This document shows, in pieces, positions 24,423 through 36,515 of a stretch of DNA of 64,000 nt. The notes under the pieces are model-generated. The model was given only the letters and a program-made list of their open reading frames with translations. It made no database searches and was not told the DNA's origin. Every line of letters begins with the position of its first letter. The first letter of the stretch is position 1. A program made the translations under genes and the position numbers. This stretch comes from Azolla caroliniana (lineage: Eukaryota > Plantae > Polypodiophyta): assembly GCA_043228905.1 (NCBI GenBank), contig JBHGNT010000011.1, positions 13,454,001 through 13,518,000 on the forward strand, given 5' to 3'.

Positions 24423-27400
24423 AAACAAAATAATATCTCAAGAATATTGATATTTGTGACATAATCTATGCAAAAAGAAATATTTGTCTAAGCCTAATAT
24501 AACATATGAAGATTATAAAAGAGTTATATGTATAACATTACATAGTATTTTGTAGATATAATTAGAAATCTTTGAGTGAACCTTATTTCACTTAGTGGAA
24601 TCTGTTACTAAACCCCAAAATGCTTTCTTCTTTTCATATTTCATCTATCTAGGAAATGTTGTAACTCTTGTTACATGCAAATGAACACAAATTCAATCAT
24701 AATATATCTAAGTTGGGATTTAAATTATGAGGTATGAAAGTATGCATGCTTCTCATGTTTTTCGTTTTTCTTATGGACACCTCTCTCTCACTTCGTTTCC
24801 TTCTTCTGTTCCACGGTTCTGAATTACAAATTTGGTCATTTGGCGTACTACTACGTCATTGGCTCTTTGGATAATATGGAAAGCGAGATGTGATTCTGTT
24901 TTTAACAATGTCCACATACAGCTCAACACTATGCTTATTGAATTCTGGATGTTGTTTGTTCACACACTACATGGTCAATAATAAATATGATGATATGTAG
25001 GGTTTAGATGATATTTTGTGGCAACGGCAAGTGGCCTTTAAGAACCGATGGCAAGGACTTTAGTTATTTTCAGATACAACTGTTGGTCCGAAGTGGAATT
25101 ATGCCATACCTTCTTCTATGTTGGATGGTGGATAGTATTGTTCTACTTGTTCATATATGACATCATCAGTTTGATCAAATTTACTAGCTTTTGTATATTA
25201 CAATAAGAAATGAGATGAAATGTGTCCTTCTGTTTTTTCTATGTAGACTTTTCAAGTAATATACTAAGGTGCATCTTCCTTTAAAATAAAAAAGTTGAGA
25301 TTTAAACCTAATAACATTTCTCCTAAGGTAATAAAGTTGACCAAAAATTTACCTTTTAGTCGATCTCCATGATGAAATTTACCAATTTACTTTACCATTT
25401 CATGAGCAATATATAAATGAAGTCACATAATCAACCTAAGTAATTTGCCATTGGGATTTTTTTGGTTTTTTGTTTTATTTTTTGGGCTTGGGGTTAGAGG
25501 CATCCACCTTGCTTACAAAGTAGTTTAAAGTATATAACCTGTTGAATAATGTTTACTGCAGTGATTTGACGCCTAAAGTATGTTTTGCATCACAATTTTT
25601 GTAAATCCACCCGTGTGGATGCTGTAATTAGAGTCATCATATGCAAAGAGGAATCGTTCAATGGAGTTGTCAACACTTTACAAGGCAATGCAATGGCCGA
25701 CCATAATCATTTTGTACATGGAAGGCATTGACTTGTTGGACAAACTCATATACCACGATTTAGGCATCAACTATCAAAGACTCATGGCTAATCACACCTG
25801 CTTAGATTTTTCCACTTAGATATACTATAGATACAATATTGATTTGAGGGCAAACGTTTATATGCTGAAGAATCTCCTCACCATATATGCCTAACCTTAT
25901 TCGAATGAATCTGTAATATTATATCTTAATTTACATGCCTCATACAGACCTGGAATTCAATAAAAACTTTGCATGAAGAGACACACAAAAACTATATGAC
26001 CAATCTCCAAAAATATCATAGTAGTACGCTTTCATAACCCATGAACCACCACTATTCCAAGAGTTCTAATAAGTAAACATACAAATATTACCCTAATTCT
26101 CACTGTCACAAGGTATTGTAGAGTTCTTTTAAAAAAAAACTAGACATGGCATGGCACATACCTTTGGCATATGACCATATATATATTGTCCTTTTTATCT
26201 TCATGGAGATTCCAAAAACTACTAGTTTTTTTCAGAGCTCAAAACTTTTAGTGGTTGAACATATCGAAGGAATGAAGTCGACATGAATTCGACCGAAGGG
26301 GGCCGTCGTCGACAAGCAGCCACCAAAGCGTTATACGTGTGTTTCCTAGAGGTTGAGAGTCACTTGCTCAACTCTCGGGGCGGAGTTGAAGATTGGTGGG
26401 GGTGGGCAAGACCTTGACGATTCGTGAAGTCGACCAATTGAAGGGAAGGGAGGCCATCAGAGTCAAACTCGAGGATGACAACAGTGCGGATGGCCTCACC
26501 AAGTAAGATCGAAGCGGGAATCGGTTTCCAACAAGGCGATACGACGAAGAAGGAGTTCTAATCGGCAACAACACAATCCACGAAGGACGGCCAAAGAGGT
26601 TGGGATGCAGCTACGGACCGCCACCTAAGGGAAGACGCTCAAAACGGAAAAGTTTAGCGGTACTTGACATAGAAGCCTTGGCGAGGGAGGCATACGAGAG
26701 CTCGAAGTTGAAAGTCCAGGCCGAAAGGAAGGTTACGAAGGAGCCGGCGAAGACAAACAGAGATCGAGAAGGAAGCCGCCTTCTCAACAGATGCGGAATA
26801 ATGATGAGGCCATGTGAAGGCCCGGGTTCGGTACAACGGTACCACAACGGGGGTAAGGTGTGGAACAAGTCACTTTCTCGACTTGCGGAGATGCGACGGC
26901 CAAGGATGAGACCGATGACTCGAGGGTTGTCGGTGCTACCTCGGAGGGGTCGGGGGGCGTGAAACATCGAGCAATGAAGGAGCAAGCATGGTCGAATCTT
27001 GTGTGATCAGAGTGGATAAAGAGTGTGAGATCTATGCGGTTAAGGAGAGAGCCATGGGAACAGTATCAAGACGGAAGAGACCAAAGACAAGTCGACGATG
27101 GACGGTAGAGATGAGACTTTCTCCACACTCATTCTAGAGACTTCGGCAGCTATGCACAAGTGCCAACTTGAGACCAGGGAAAGGGAAGGTGGCAGCGAGG
27201 AAGCAAAGATCGAAGTTGATGCGAACTTTGGTGATGGGGAGAAAGCGGTAAGGCAGTTGACCGAAGTAAGGGTCCTCCACACTCATTCCTGAGACTTAGG
27301 CGGTTGCGTCCGTGAACCAATGGAAGCCCTAAGAGACCGAAGGTGGTGAGGAAGCAGAGGTCAAGGCCGAGACAAGGGACATTAGGGTGGAAGTGACAAA

Positions 27401-27732
27401 GGGTGGCACAAAGGAACACATGCACACCACAATATACACAATATTAATTAGAATTGTTGTTGTTGTTGTTGTTGTAGACTACACAACCATTGTTGTTGTT
27501 CTAGACTACATTGGCCACATAATGATTGATCTCTTCCACATCTCTTTTGGTTTCAAATGTCAATCATTTAGTGAATACTGAAGGTGTATAGGCAAATAAG
27601 TCAACATTCACTACTATCTCAAGAGCCATAATTAACATGGAAACTTTGTCTTTCCCTTTGAACAAATTCCATCAGCGATTAGATGAATTATGTAACACAA
27701 GTAGAGATCTATAATTAATAACCTGTGTTATG

Positions 27733-29933
27733 CCATGTGCTCTTGTCTACTATGTGGCATGCGGTCTCAGTGTGGATGTTTGATAAACATGCTATTCATA
27801 TTGTTAAAGCGTGTATTAGGGGCTTTCTATGGGCTAGGAAAAGGAAAGACAACGCTGCAACTAAAGTATCATGGTCTACGTTGATTCTTCCCAAAAGTAA
27901 GGGGGGTTTAGGATCGATCGACCCTGGAGTACAAAGTCAATCATTGTTATGTAAGGTATTGGTAAGGAGCTTGCTGCCCGGAAATGAGTTATGGAAAACA
28001 TTGATTTTTAATAGGAGCATCCTTTGGAGTCCACGACTTGGTGGGCATTGGAAGCCACATAAATCATGGCTCTTTTGTATGGACTAAAAGCTTTGGAAAT
28101 CTAATCGGTTGGCTGATCGCACATGTATGTTAGTGATGAGGGCGTGGGATATGCTCCGTGGGCAATTTAGGCGTATAGGTCCAAGTACTAATGTTGAATG
28201 GATGCACCAACCCCTATTGTGGAACGAAACCTTAAAGTCGACCGAGGGGAAGATGCTTGGCCAACGCAAGGGTATGCCGTGGGCTATATTGCATGGTGTT
28301 GACATTCAATCAATGGCAAATTGGATGCACTTGTCCCCTAGTAATCAGAATAAATTGTATGAAGATGCGAGAAAGTTCAGAAATGGTAGGAAGATGCTTG
28401 ATCTAGTCGATACGAGGGGAAGATGCTTGGCCAACGCAAGGGTATGCCGTGGGCTATATTGCATGGTGTTGACATTCAGTCAATGGCAAATTGGATGCAC
28501 TTGTCCCCTAGTAATCAGAATAAATTGTATGAAGATGCGAGAAAGTTCAGAAATGGTAGGAAGATGCTTGATCTAGTCGATAAAGTTGTTTACTCTGTTC
28601 CTATTAGTAATGGTGACGAGGGTGAATGGTTCGGACAATGTGATGATGCTGAAAAAATTATCAATGCCAAGGGTATAGGAAAGAATGGGAAGATCACCCA
28701 GTTGGGTTCTGTAGTTGCAGGTGCTCGTTGGTTCACAATTAGAATTGTGGCATGAGACGGTAAGAAATGGATGGTGAATCCATCAGTCGCTGAGGTTGAG
28801 GAGGATTGGATCTTGTATGTAGTTGAAGGCAAGCCCCTTGAGTGTTTAGAATGGGATCCTGCAGAATATATGTGGAGGGATGAACAAGGTAAATCACATG
28901 GTTTCTTTGACTTCTCAACTCGCTTGGGGAGACATTTATGCTTGCATCGTGAGAAGTGTGTCAACAAATGGACCCATGTAGTTGTCGATTCAGTCTTTGT
29001 AGATAAAACCAGGAGCAGGATATGGAATTCTTCCCTCCCCGAGAGGGTCAAGGTGTTTTTTTGGCTAATCACCCATCGGGCATGTTCCAACCAGAGAGTG
29101 GCTAGGGAAAAGGGGTGGCATGAGTAACTGCAAGGCCTGTGGAGCGAGTTTGGAGGACATCGCACATTGTTTACGGAGCTGCTCGCGAGCCCAAGAAGTT
29201 TGGACGAGAAGCTTAAGAATTCTGGCTCGATGCGGGGTTGAAGTTCAGGTATCAAGTGCAACTGTTGTTTGGTTAGCTACTGAATCGGTTGCATGATTTC
29301 ATGGGTGGAATGGAAATAGCCCTTCTTTAAAGGTGGTGAATGGTACAGTTCAGCTTGCAGCTCAAGGAGATTCATTCTTCATACATGAACAGTATGTAGA
29401 TGTTTCGTTTTTAGTGGCTGGCCTTATTGTTTGGCAAGTGTGGGTATCAAGGTGTAAGGAGTCGTTTACCGGGAAGCGAACCCCGTCAGTTGAGAGTTTA
29501 ATGATGATTTGGTTTAATCTAATTTCTACGCTACAAGGTAAGTTTGACAGCCTTTAGGGGTCCTCTGATGCGAGTGAAGAAGCTAGGTACCGCTTCCTTC
29601 TTAAATGGAGAGGTTCTCCGATGTTACAGATGGTGGATGACAATGCAAAGTGGATATATCAGCCACCCCGATGGTTGTTCCCTCCTAGGGTAGCAAACAT
29701 AGAGGTAGGTGCTGAATTGTGAAGTGATTGGAGGGTGTCTTTCCTAAATGTGGGTTGTGTGAGGCTCATGTTGATGGGAGTCTGTCGAGTAATTATGTGA
29801 TGAGGCTTTGTTGCTTCATTTATACATGATGTTTTCTTGTAGCCATTGCAAAGTGGCTTGTAACATATGAGTTGTATATTATTCTATGTACTTTTTCTTA
29901 ACTAATGGAAGTAGAATTTTTTTTGGAAAAAAA
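27733..29933 (+). mobile_element. 5'-truncated L1-type LINE ORF2 (post-RT region, zf-RVT) with an internal 170-bp tandem duplication
   Basis: KVSWSTLILPKSKGGLG, LPERVKVFFWL..CKAC motifs; 13-bp TSD AACCTGTGTTATG (27720-27732, 29934-29946); duplication 28243-28412/28413-28582. Confidence 0.93.
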
Positions 29934-30599
29934 AACCTGTGTTATGAGGGTAATGTTTAGGCTTTTGGCTTTAGTTATAGAAAAACAAAATCGACACACA
30001 ACATTTACTATTTTCAAGCATAAAACAAAGTGCAAATTAAAACAAGTTGTTGGGTCATACTAAATCCACCAAAACTTCAAGATATTGTTTACTCTTTCAG
30101 CATGGGATGGAAAAAAAAAAAAATCTATGCAAAACATACAATTAAAACAAAGTAAACTCAAACAAGTTGTTTTTTCATACCCAATCCACCAAAACTTATG
30201 TATTTATCCATTAGATACTCTCAATATCAATATGTGCATCCCCAATATCAATATTTGACTACGCTTCTACAGACTGCAGAAGATTTAATGAGGACTAGGA
30301 CATGGATATGGACATGGACTCCATCTCTCTTTCTTTGCCTCTTTAAGTAGAACAAGAACGATGACATAGACACATACATAGCAACGCTAGTTAGAACAAA
30401 TGAAAAAATAGAAATGACGTTTGTCTGCCGATGAAAGATTTTCCACGAGTCGAAAGACGCCGATGATGATCACAGACTTCAGGTGATGGAAAACTTGCAA
30501 ATGGAAGTAAATAAACAAAACTCGTGACAAAGAAAATGAAGGAGGTGAAGGGATTTGGAAGAGAAGAGAATGAGGGTGAGGTATCGGATATGGAGATTC

Positions 30600-30967
30600 T
30601 TCTGATCGGGATTGGATGTTGCAGTCACGACGTCCTCCATAGCCAACTACTCCATATTCACCACGCCTTCCTCCTAACCCACCCGATCCACGTCCACCTC
30701 CATCGCCTTGCACAAGCTCTCCTCTCCGTTCGGCCCACTCACCTCCACGGCCTTGGGATGGGCCTTCCGTCCTCCATCATGAACTCGTTACTCCACCGTG
30801 TCCCCTTCCGCCAAGGAGCGGAAGCCTTGGCTAGTTGTGACTGGAGGAGGTCTACTGGACGAAGAGGTCCTCGCCGCCATCATCAGTCAGGGGAGATGGA
30901 AGCCATACCCTTTGGTGCTCTTGAACCACTTCACCTTGCCAAGTTTCTTTTGCCTACAGCTGGCCAA
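30600..30967 (-). pseudogene. Cold-shock domain / glycine-rich protein (plant CSP/GRP2-type) pseudogene
   Basis: GKVKWFKSTKGYGF (RNP-1), DDGGEDLFV (RNP-2), QGFRSLAEGDTVE, PKAVEVSGPNG, then GGGRGSGGLGGRRG; several frameshifts and stops; start-equivalent codon is TTG. Confidence 0.9.
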
Positions 30968-31009
30968 GGTGAACTCACTCAGACCTCTTTGCCTTTGTAT
31001 CCTTTGTTG

Positions 31010-31057
<48 letters not shown>

Positions 31058-31071
31058 AATATAAAGCAAGA

Positions 31072-31530
31072 ATGTCTATTGATCGTATCCAACCTTATCT
31101 CATTACCAATATGAGTAGTAATGCTCATAGAGCCCTTACACTACTTCGCACTCGATCTCACAAGTTAGGTATTGAAGTTGCATCATGGTATCAAAATGTA
31201 ACGGACTTGAAGACATGCAAAGTAGGCAATGAAGGCATGGTAGAGGATGAATGTCAGTTGCTCTTCACATGCTCGACATATAGTTCAATTCGTTCAAGAT
31301 ATGCAAACATACTAAGAGGGAGTGATAACTTAAGTGCCATACTTAAGACACCACCGAGAAGGTTGAGCTCATATGTGTATGCTTTATTCACACATAGAGA
31401 CTTTGTGCTTCAATGTATGAATACCCCTTCTTAGGAAGGAGACACATATCAAGAAAACATACATGTATACTCTGGTCCCATTGGTCAAATTTGGCCTCTT
31501 TATGGACGATAAAAAAATCTAATTCTACCT
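31072..31530 (+). mobile_element. 3' fragment of an RTE-X/CR1-L2-like LINE
   Basis: LRTRSHKLGIEVASW..CKV..VEDECQLLFTCSTY C-terminal motif; homologous to 41031-41280; next to (CT)n. Confidence 0.72.
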
Positions 31531-31547
31531 CTTATTATTATTATTAT

Positions 31548-31746
31548 TGTAATTAGCTTACCCTAGTGGTAAGTTGATAGCACTACAAGCACTACGTCTT
31601 GGGTTAAAAACCCAATTTTCTTACCTCTCTATTCTATACTTCATATATATCTCTATTTCACTATATGCCAATGTGGAATGTAGGGGTTAAACCCATGACC
31701 ACCTGGTCTCCATTGGGCAACCTTACCAACTAAGCTACATCCATCT
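31548..31746. repeat. Element of about 200 bp with two convergent tRNA-like (A-box/B-box) halves
   Basis: Reverse complement of 36516-37192 once the LINE insert is removed; CCTAGTGG..GGGTTAAAAACCC on +, TAGCTTAGTTGG..GGGTTTAACCCC on -. Confidence 0.75.
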
Positions 31747-32036
31747 GGGCACTCTCTTTCTTTGTCTCTCTCACACTTTTACTCTCCATAAGAGGGGATT
31801 TTAGGGTTTAGGGTTAGGTAAACCTTAGTCGGGCAACTACTCCAGAGTTAGGCAACCGAGGTGACAGAGTTGGGCGTCAAGGTTGGGTTGGGCGACTAAG
31901 GACTCAAGAGTTGGGCGACCTCTCGACAACTTTTTATTATCGCGCGTTTTATTATTATTATTATCCAAATCGGGACAGTGCATATCGCATGCGCCTTCCG
32001 CTAAGCGAACTGTACCGTGGGTGGCTGCGATTCCCT

Positions 32037-32345
32037 CCCCATACCATACCATACCATCGACATGTCTTGTAGTATGGTATGGTATGGTATGGTATCATAT
32101 ATGTATGTCTTGTAGCCCGTCTCAGGGATTCATCAGAAATCTTTGTTCTTCTGTCCTTGCCTCTGCCTCCCCATACCATACCATACCATACCATACCATA
32201 CCATACCATACCATACTATACCATCGACATGTCTTGTAGTATGGTATGGTATGGTATGGTATCATATATGTATGTCTTGTAGCCCCTCTCAGGGATTCAT
32301 CAGAAATCTTTGTTCCTCTGTTCCTGCCTCTGCCTCTGCCTCTGC
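32037..32345. repeat. Tandem duplication (about 130-170 bp units), each with an (ATACC)n-loop-(GGTAT)n inverted microsatellite, upstream of the Prx start codon
   Basis: Read directly from the sequence. Confidence 0.9.
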
Positions 32346-32418
32346 CTCTGCATCTCTGTGTTTTTTTGCTTCGCCTTAGTTTGCTGTCGTTGTCTGCTGC
32401 CCGATCAATCCTGTCGCC

Positions 32419-32573
32419 ATGCCTCCTATCGCCGTCGGAGACTCTCTCCCCGATGGATCGCTCTCCTTCTTAGACGCAGACGAGAAGCTGCAGCATCTCT
32501 CTATTCATTCCATCGCCGCAGGGAAGAAGGTCGTCCTCTTCGGCGTCCCTGGTGCATTCACTCCCACCTGCAG
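32419..32573 (+). CDS. PRXIIB: Cytosolic type II peroxiredoxin, exon 1 of 3
   Basis: [17 protein letters not shown]...[17 protein letters not shown] with peroxidatic Cys51; GT donor at 32574 (phase 2); no transit peptide. Confidence 0.95.
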
Positions 32574-33648
32574 GTTCCTCTCTCTCTCTCTCTCTCTCGT
32601 GCTTATCTTCTTCTTTTTTTATCTCGTTCTCTGCCATAAATCTAGTGGGAAGAGATCAATAAGAAGCCCTGCCGCCCTTTTGTTTCGCTAGATCTGTCGC
32701 AATAGAAAGAACGGATAGGTGCATGTTGTTGAACGATACTTCTTGCTCCATGATTTGCTTACCACACGCTGTCGATATGTTGTGGGAATTTGCTGCATTT
32801 GCTTGAGATTCTCAATTGAAAGTGCGTCTTTTTACTTCCGCTTGTGATCTCCCAGAACCCCTGTTATAGCTTCTCTTGTATCTGCTCTAGATTTTCAATC
32901 CCTAATTGTTAATAGAGAGGCATGTCTTCATGTGGCTATATGTTTTATACTGAGATACATATGTAGATGTGTGTGCATATATATACATTTGTATTTATGT
33001 ATTTGTAATGGGTATGGATATGTATATATGTATACGCACAGGTATCTGTATGTGTGGTATATATGTATGTATGTGCTCATTTAGTCAATCAAGCTTGTTA
33101 TTACATCAGTTCATTTGATTCGGTCAGACAGTCTTCATCTGAATTTTAACTTTCTATTGCACTCTCTCTTCAAGAAGTTTAAGATCATCTGATATATTCA
33201 TGTTTAATGTGTGTTATGTAACACCAATAAGGGCGCACGATGTTATCTGTAAGGTCGACAGTCTTCGTAGGTATACTTTAGACTGTATGTATTTTAGAAG
33301 ATTTTAAAGGAGTCCTAAAGCTTCCATGAGTTTTGATTATTAATTATTTTTGGAGGATTAGTAATCACATTTCTGTCTCTCTCAAAGCAGAATATTGTAC
33401 TCTCATATCTTTTTCACGCTATTATATCGCATCTGTCCTTTTTTCTTTTGCTGTAAAATCTTAGTGAAATATGGCTCTGAAAACTGGTCTTAAGTTTGCA
33501 TGCTCTATAGGCATAAGTATCGTCATGGTAATTGTAGGTATACTGTGTGCATAAGTGCACTGTTTCTCTCTCTCTGTCTGTCTCTCTCTCTCTTCAATGG
33601 ACACTTTGTCTATAAATTTGTGACTTTAAGAGCTTTACCTTTCTGTAG

Positions 33649-33728
33649 CTTAAAGCATGTTCCTGGCTTCATTGAGAAAGCTGCTGAGTTCAAGAGCAAG
33701 GGCATCGATGAACTCATCTGCCTTACAG
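33649..33728 (+). CDS. PRXIIB: Type II peroxiredoxin, exon 2
   Basis: AG acceptor at 33647-33648; (S)LKHVPGFIEKAAEFKSKGIDELICLT with Cys76; GT donor at 33729. Confidence 0.95.
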
Positions 33729-34255
33729 GTCTTTGCTATTTTAAACTTTATAAATTTTCCTCTTTTCTCCTCTAAATTGCCGCTGTTTCCAATTTTGAGA
33801 AATGGGTACTTTTGAGGCATGACTGTTTTATTTTTTATAAATCTGAACTACTCTAAACTTTTAAAGTCAATGGTATTGTTTTAAATATGATTTTTTTTAT
33901 TTGAGAAAAGGGAGAAACACCAACAGACCTAAATATTTCTCTATTTCTGGAATTCCCATGATTTTTGTATTTCTGCAAACCCCCCTTGCTCAACCTCGAA
34001 AGAGAGAAAAGAGGAAATGAATTGATCATCCTACAGTTTCTCAAATGGTATATTCAATGATAAAAGAGGGATTAATCAATCAGATAATTTCCCTTTCAGA
34101 ATTTCTCCCTCTTGATGTTCATTTAGTGAAATAAAGATAAAACTTGGGAGTATTTTGGAGTTCCTCTCTATATTTTGCAGATGGCTTAAACGATGTTTAT
34201 AAATTTCCAGTATATGTAATTGGCACTGAAAGATTGGTTTTGATCATTTTTTTAG

Positions 34256-34515
34256 TAAATGACCCATTTGTGGTAAAGGCATGGGAAAAGACATATCCTG
34301 AGAATGATTCAGTTAAATTGCTGGCGGATGGATCTGCGAGATACACATGTGCATTGGGGTTGGAGCTTGATCTCAGTGAGAAGGGTCTTGGCCTCAGATC
34401 GAGGCGCTTTGCATTGTTGGTTGATAATCTTGTTGTGAAAGTTGCCCATATTGAACAAGGAGGCGAGTTCACCGTATCTAGTGCAGAAGAAATGCTTAAA
34501 GCTCTTGATGGTTAG
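34256..34515 (+). CDS. PRXIIB: Type II peroxiredoxin, exon 3 (spliced CDS 495 nt, 164 aa)
   Basis: TTTTTAG acceptor; VNDPFVVKAW..LGLRSRRFALLV..EQGGEFTVSSAE; TAG stop; AATAAA near 34545. Confidence 0.95.
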
Positions 34516-34869
34516 ACATTAGTTAGATCTGATAGACTGTTTTTGAATAAATACATATTATCGAATTATTCGACTTGGAGCTCTATTTAATTATGAAGTA
34601 TGCTTTTGTGTTTCCCTTGTGTTGGTGCAGTTAAGACCTTTTATAATACTTTTGAGATGGTAATATCTAGATTGGAACATCATTATTTGCATCCTCACAT
34701 TTAATTTCATACCTATATATATGGAAACTTCCTTTTTAGGCCATTGAATATTTTCTGACCTCTTGTATGCTTGAAACAATGTTTTCTATTTTCTAATAAA
34801 TACAGGCTTTAAGTATTCAACATTGATTTTTCGTTTCAAGCCTCTCTCTGTATTCTGATTTAAGAGGTA

Positions 34870-35195
34870 TATTGGGGATTGCATTATGTTTTAAAACCAA
34901 TGGGTTCAACTTTGTATCTTTGAAAAAATCAGGATAAAGGTACTGAACTTTGAGGTTCAAGGTTCTCTCGACATTCCTATTTAAGACGAAATGGGGGTTG
35001 CATTATGTTTGATGGTAACCTGTTTTAAATCTTATTTCTATACCGGGATTGCATTAGGTTTTAAACCAATGGTTTATATGTTTGAAAAAATCAGGATTAA
35101 GGTATTGAACTTTGAAGTTTATTTCAAGCTTCTCTCAACATTCCAATTTAAGATGTTATGGGGTATTGCATCATGCTGGTGATAACCTGTTTTAG
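34870..35195. repeat. Diverged tandem duplication of about 170 bp downstream of Prx
   Basis: GGGATTGCATTA..AAACCAATGG..TTTGAAAAAATCAGGAT..TGAACTTTGA..TAACCTGTTTT occurs twice. Confidence 0.75.
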
Positions 35196-36515
35196 CTATT
35201 ATCTCTATAACATGTTGCTCCCTAGATCTGGGTATTTCTTATTATTACAACATCTCACTTAGTTTAAGATATTTTGGACCCCAAGCTTCTAGAGTTGTTA
35301 CTCTGAATCGCTAGGATATGAAGAATCGGCAACAGTTCGGTTTTTAAACAACGGTTCAGCCTTGACCAGTTTGGTTGTTTTCAAACCTGATCCAAACTGG
35401 TTTGGGCAAACCGTTTAGTCTTAACCAATTTGTAAACTGGTTTGGACATATCTGGTTCGGTTCAGCTTAAGCTTTGCCAAACTGAGCTCAAACCAGTTTA
35501 TGAAGCTCAAGCTGAATCGAGCCTAACCCAAGCTGTTACCGACTCCTATTGAGCACTGAGTTTGGTTACCCTCGAATTTTATCTTCAAACTGAAGATCGA
35601 TGTAGAAGGCACAATAATGAGATAGTTTCATATGTACATGCAAGCCGTATGTACTGAGTCACTTGCATGGTTATGAGGGATATGAATCTATATATCTAGA
35701 CTATTTCTCGCCTGTTTGTTTAATGATCTATGGGTCTTCTACATTGAATCAGTAACTCAAAAAGAAGCAATATGCAATGTCACTATATGTAACTTTTTGA
35801 AGACTTTCATTACATGTTATCTCACTTTGCTTACTTAAATGTTGAATCTAGTGTTACTTTTTTGTTGTTTCCATTCATTGTTGTGGGATTCTTATTGACG
35901 ATTAGTATGGTTTCTTCTCAAGGAAACATAAATGTCAGCAATTTCAGGCTAATTTAATCATTACAGAGCTTGGAAGCTGTTATTACCTCATAACTTAAGC
36001 ATGCAAAAAACACATGATTATGAGGTGAAGAAGAACGGGTTGGAAAAATAGAGCTAATAAAATAATATCTAAGCCAAGACATGTATGTGGAGTGTGAAGG
36101 TTTCATTTTGAGCCAAATTGAGCCATGGTGTAATTTGTTGTGTTCAGTTTTAGAAAATTGTAGACCCGTGAACACTTTTCACCACTCTTAACCCTTCCAA
36201 AGTATCCATTTTTTCCGCCCATATTCTTAAGGAACTAAGGAGGTAGAGGTGGATTCAAAAGCAATCACTTTTGCTAGCAAATTAAATTTCATTTTTAGGA
36301 AAATTTGTGTGGTTTCAATGGTCTTGCTTTAAAGGCTTTATGGTTCTTTTTTATTTAAGTCTCAAATGTCAAGTGGTTTGAGTTTGAAACGAACCAAACA
36401 AATTTATAAAGTTTGTGATCAATGCGTCGAAATCAGTAGGGTCATGAATAATGAAAGATATAGAGCGCAAGAATGACAATGAAATAGATGGGTTGAGAGA
36501 GAGAGAGAGAGAGAG

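Larger units (their letters stand above)
30240..32036 (-). mobile_element. Second, inverted copy of the TIR-type element carrying the cold-shock-domain gene, with nested LINE and tRNA-like insertions
   Basis: Terminus and GTTGGGCRAC repeats at 31820-32036 are homologous to 22010-22200; cargo lies in the same orientation relative to the terminus. Confidence 0.65.

Noticed and set aside
31801-31818. Telomere-like TTTAGGG units (also near 23356)
   Set aside because: Only 2-3 imperfect units; common telo-box-like sequence, with no evidence of an interstitial telomere
35300-35570. AACC/GGTT-rich MITE-like patch
   Set aside because: No TIR pair or TSD could be identified
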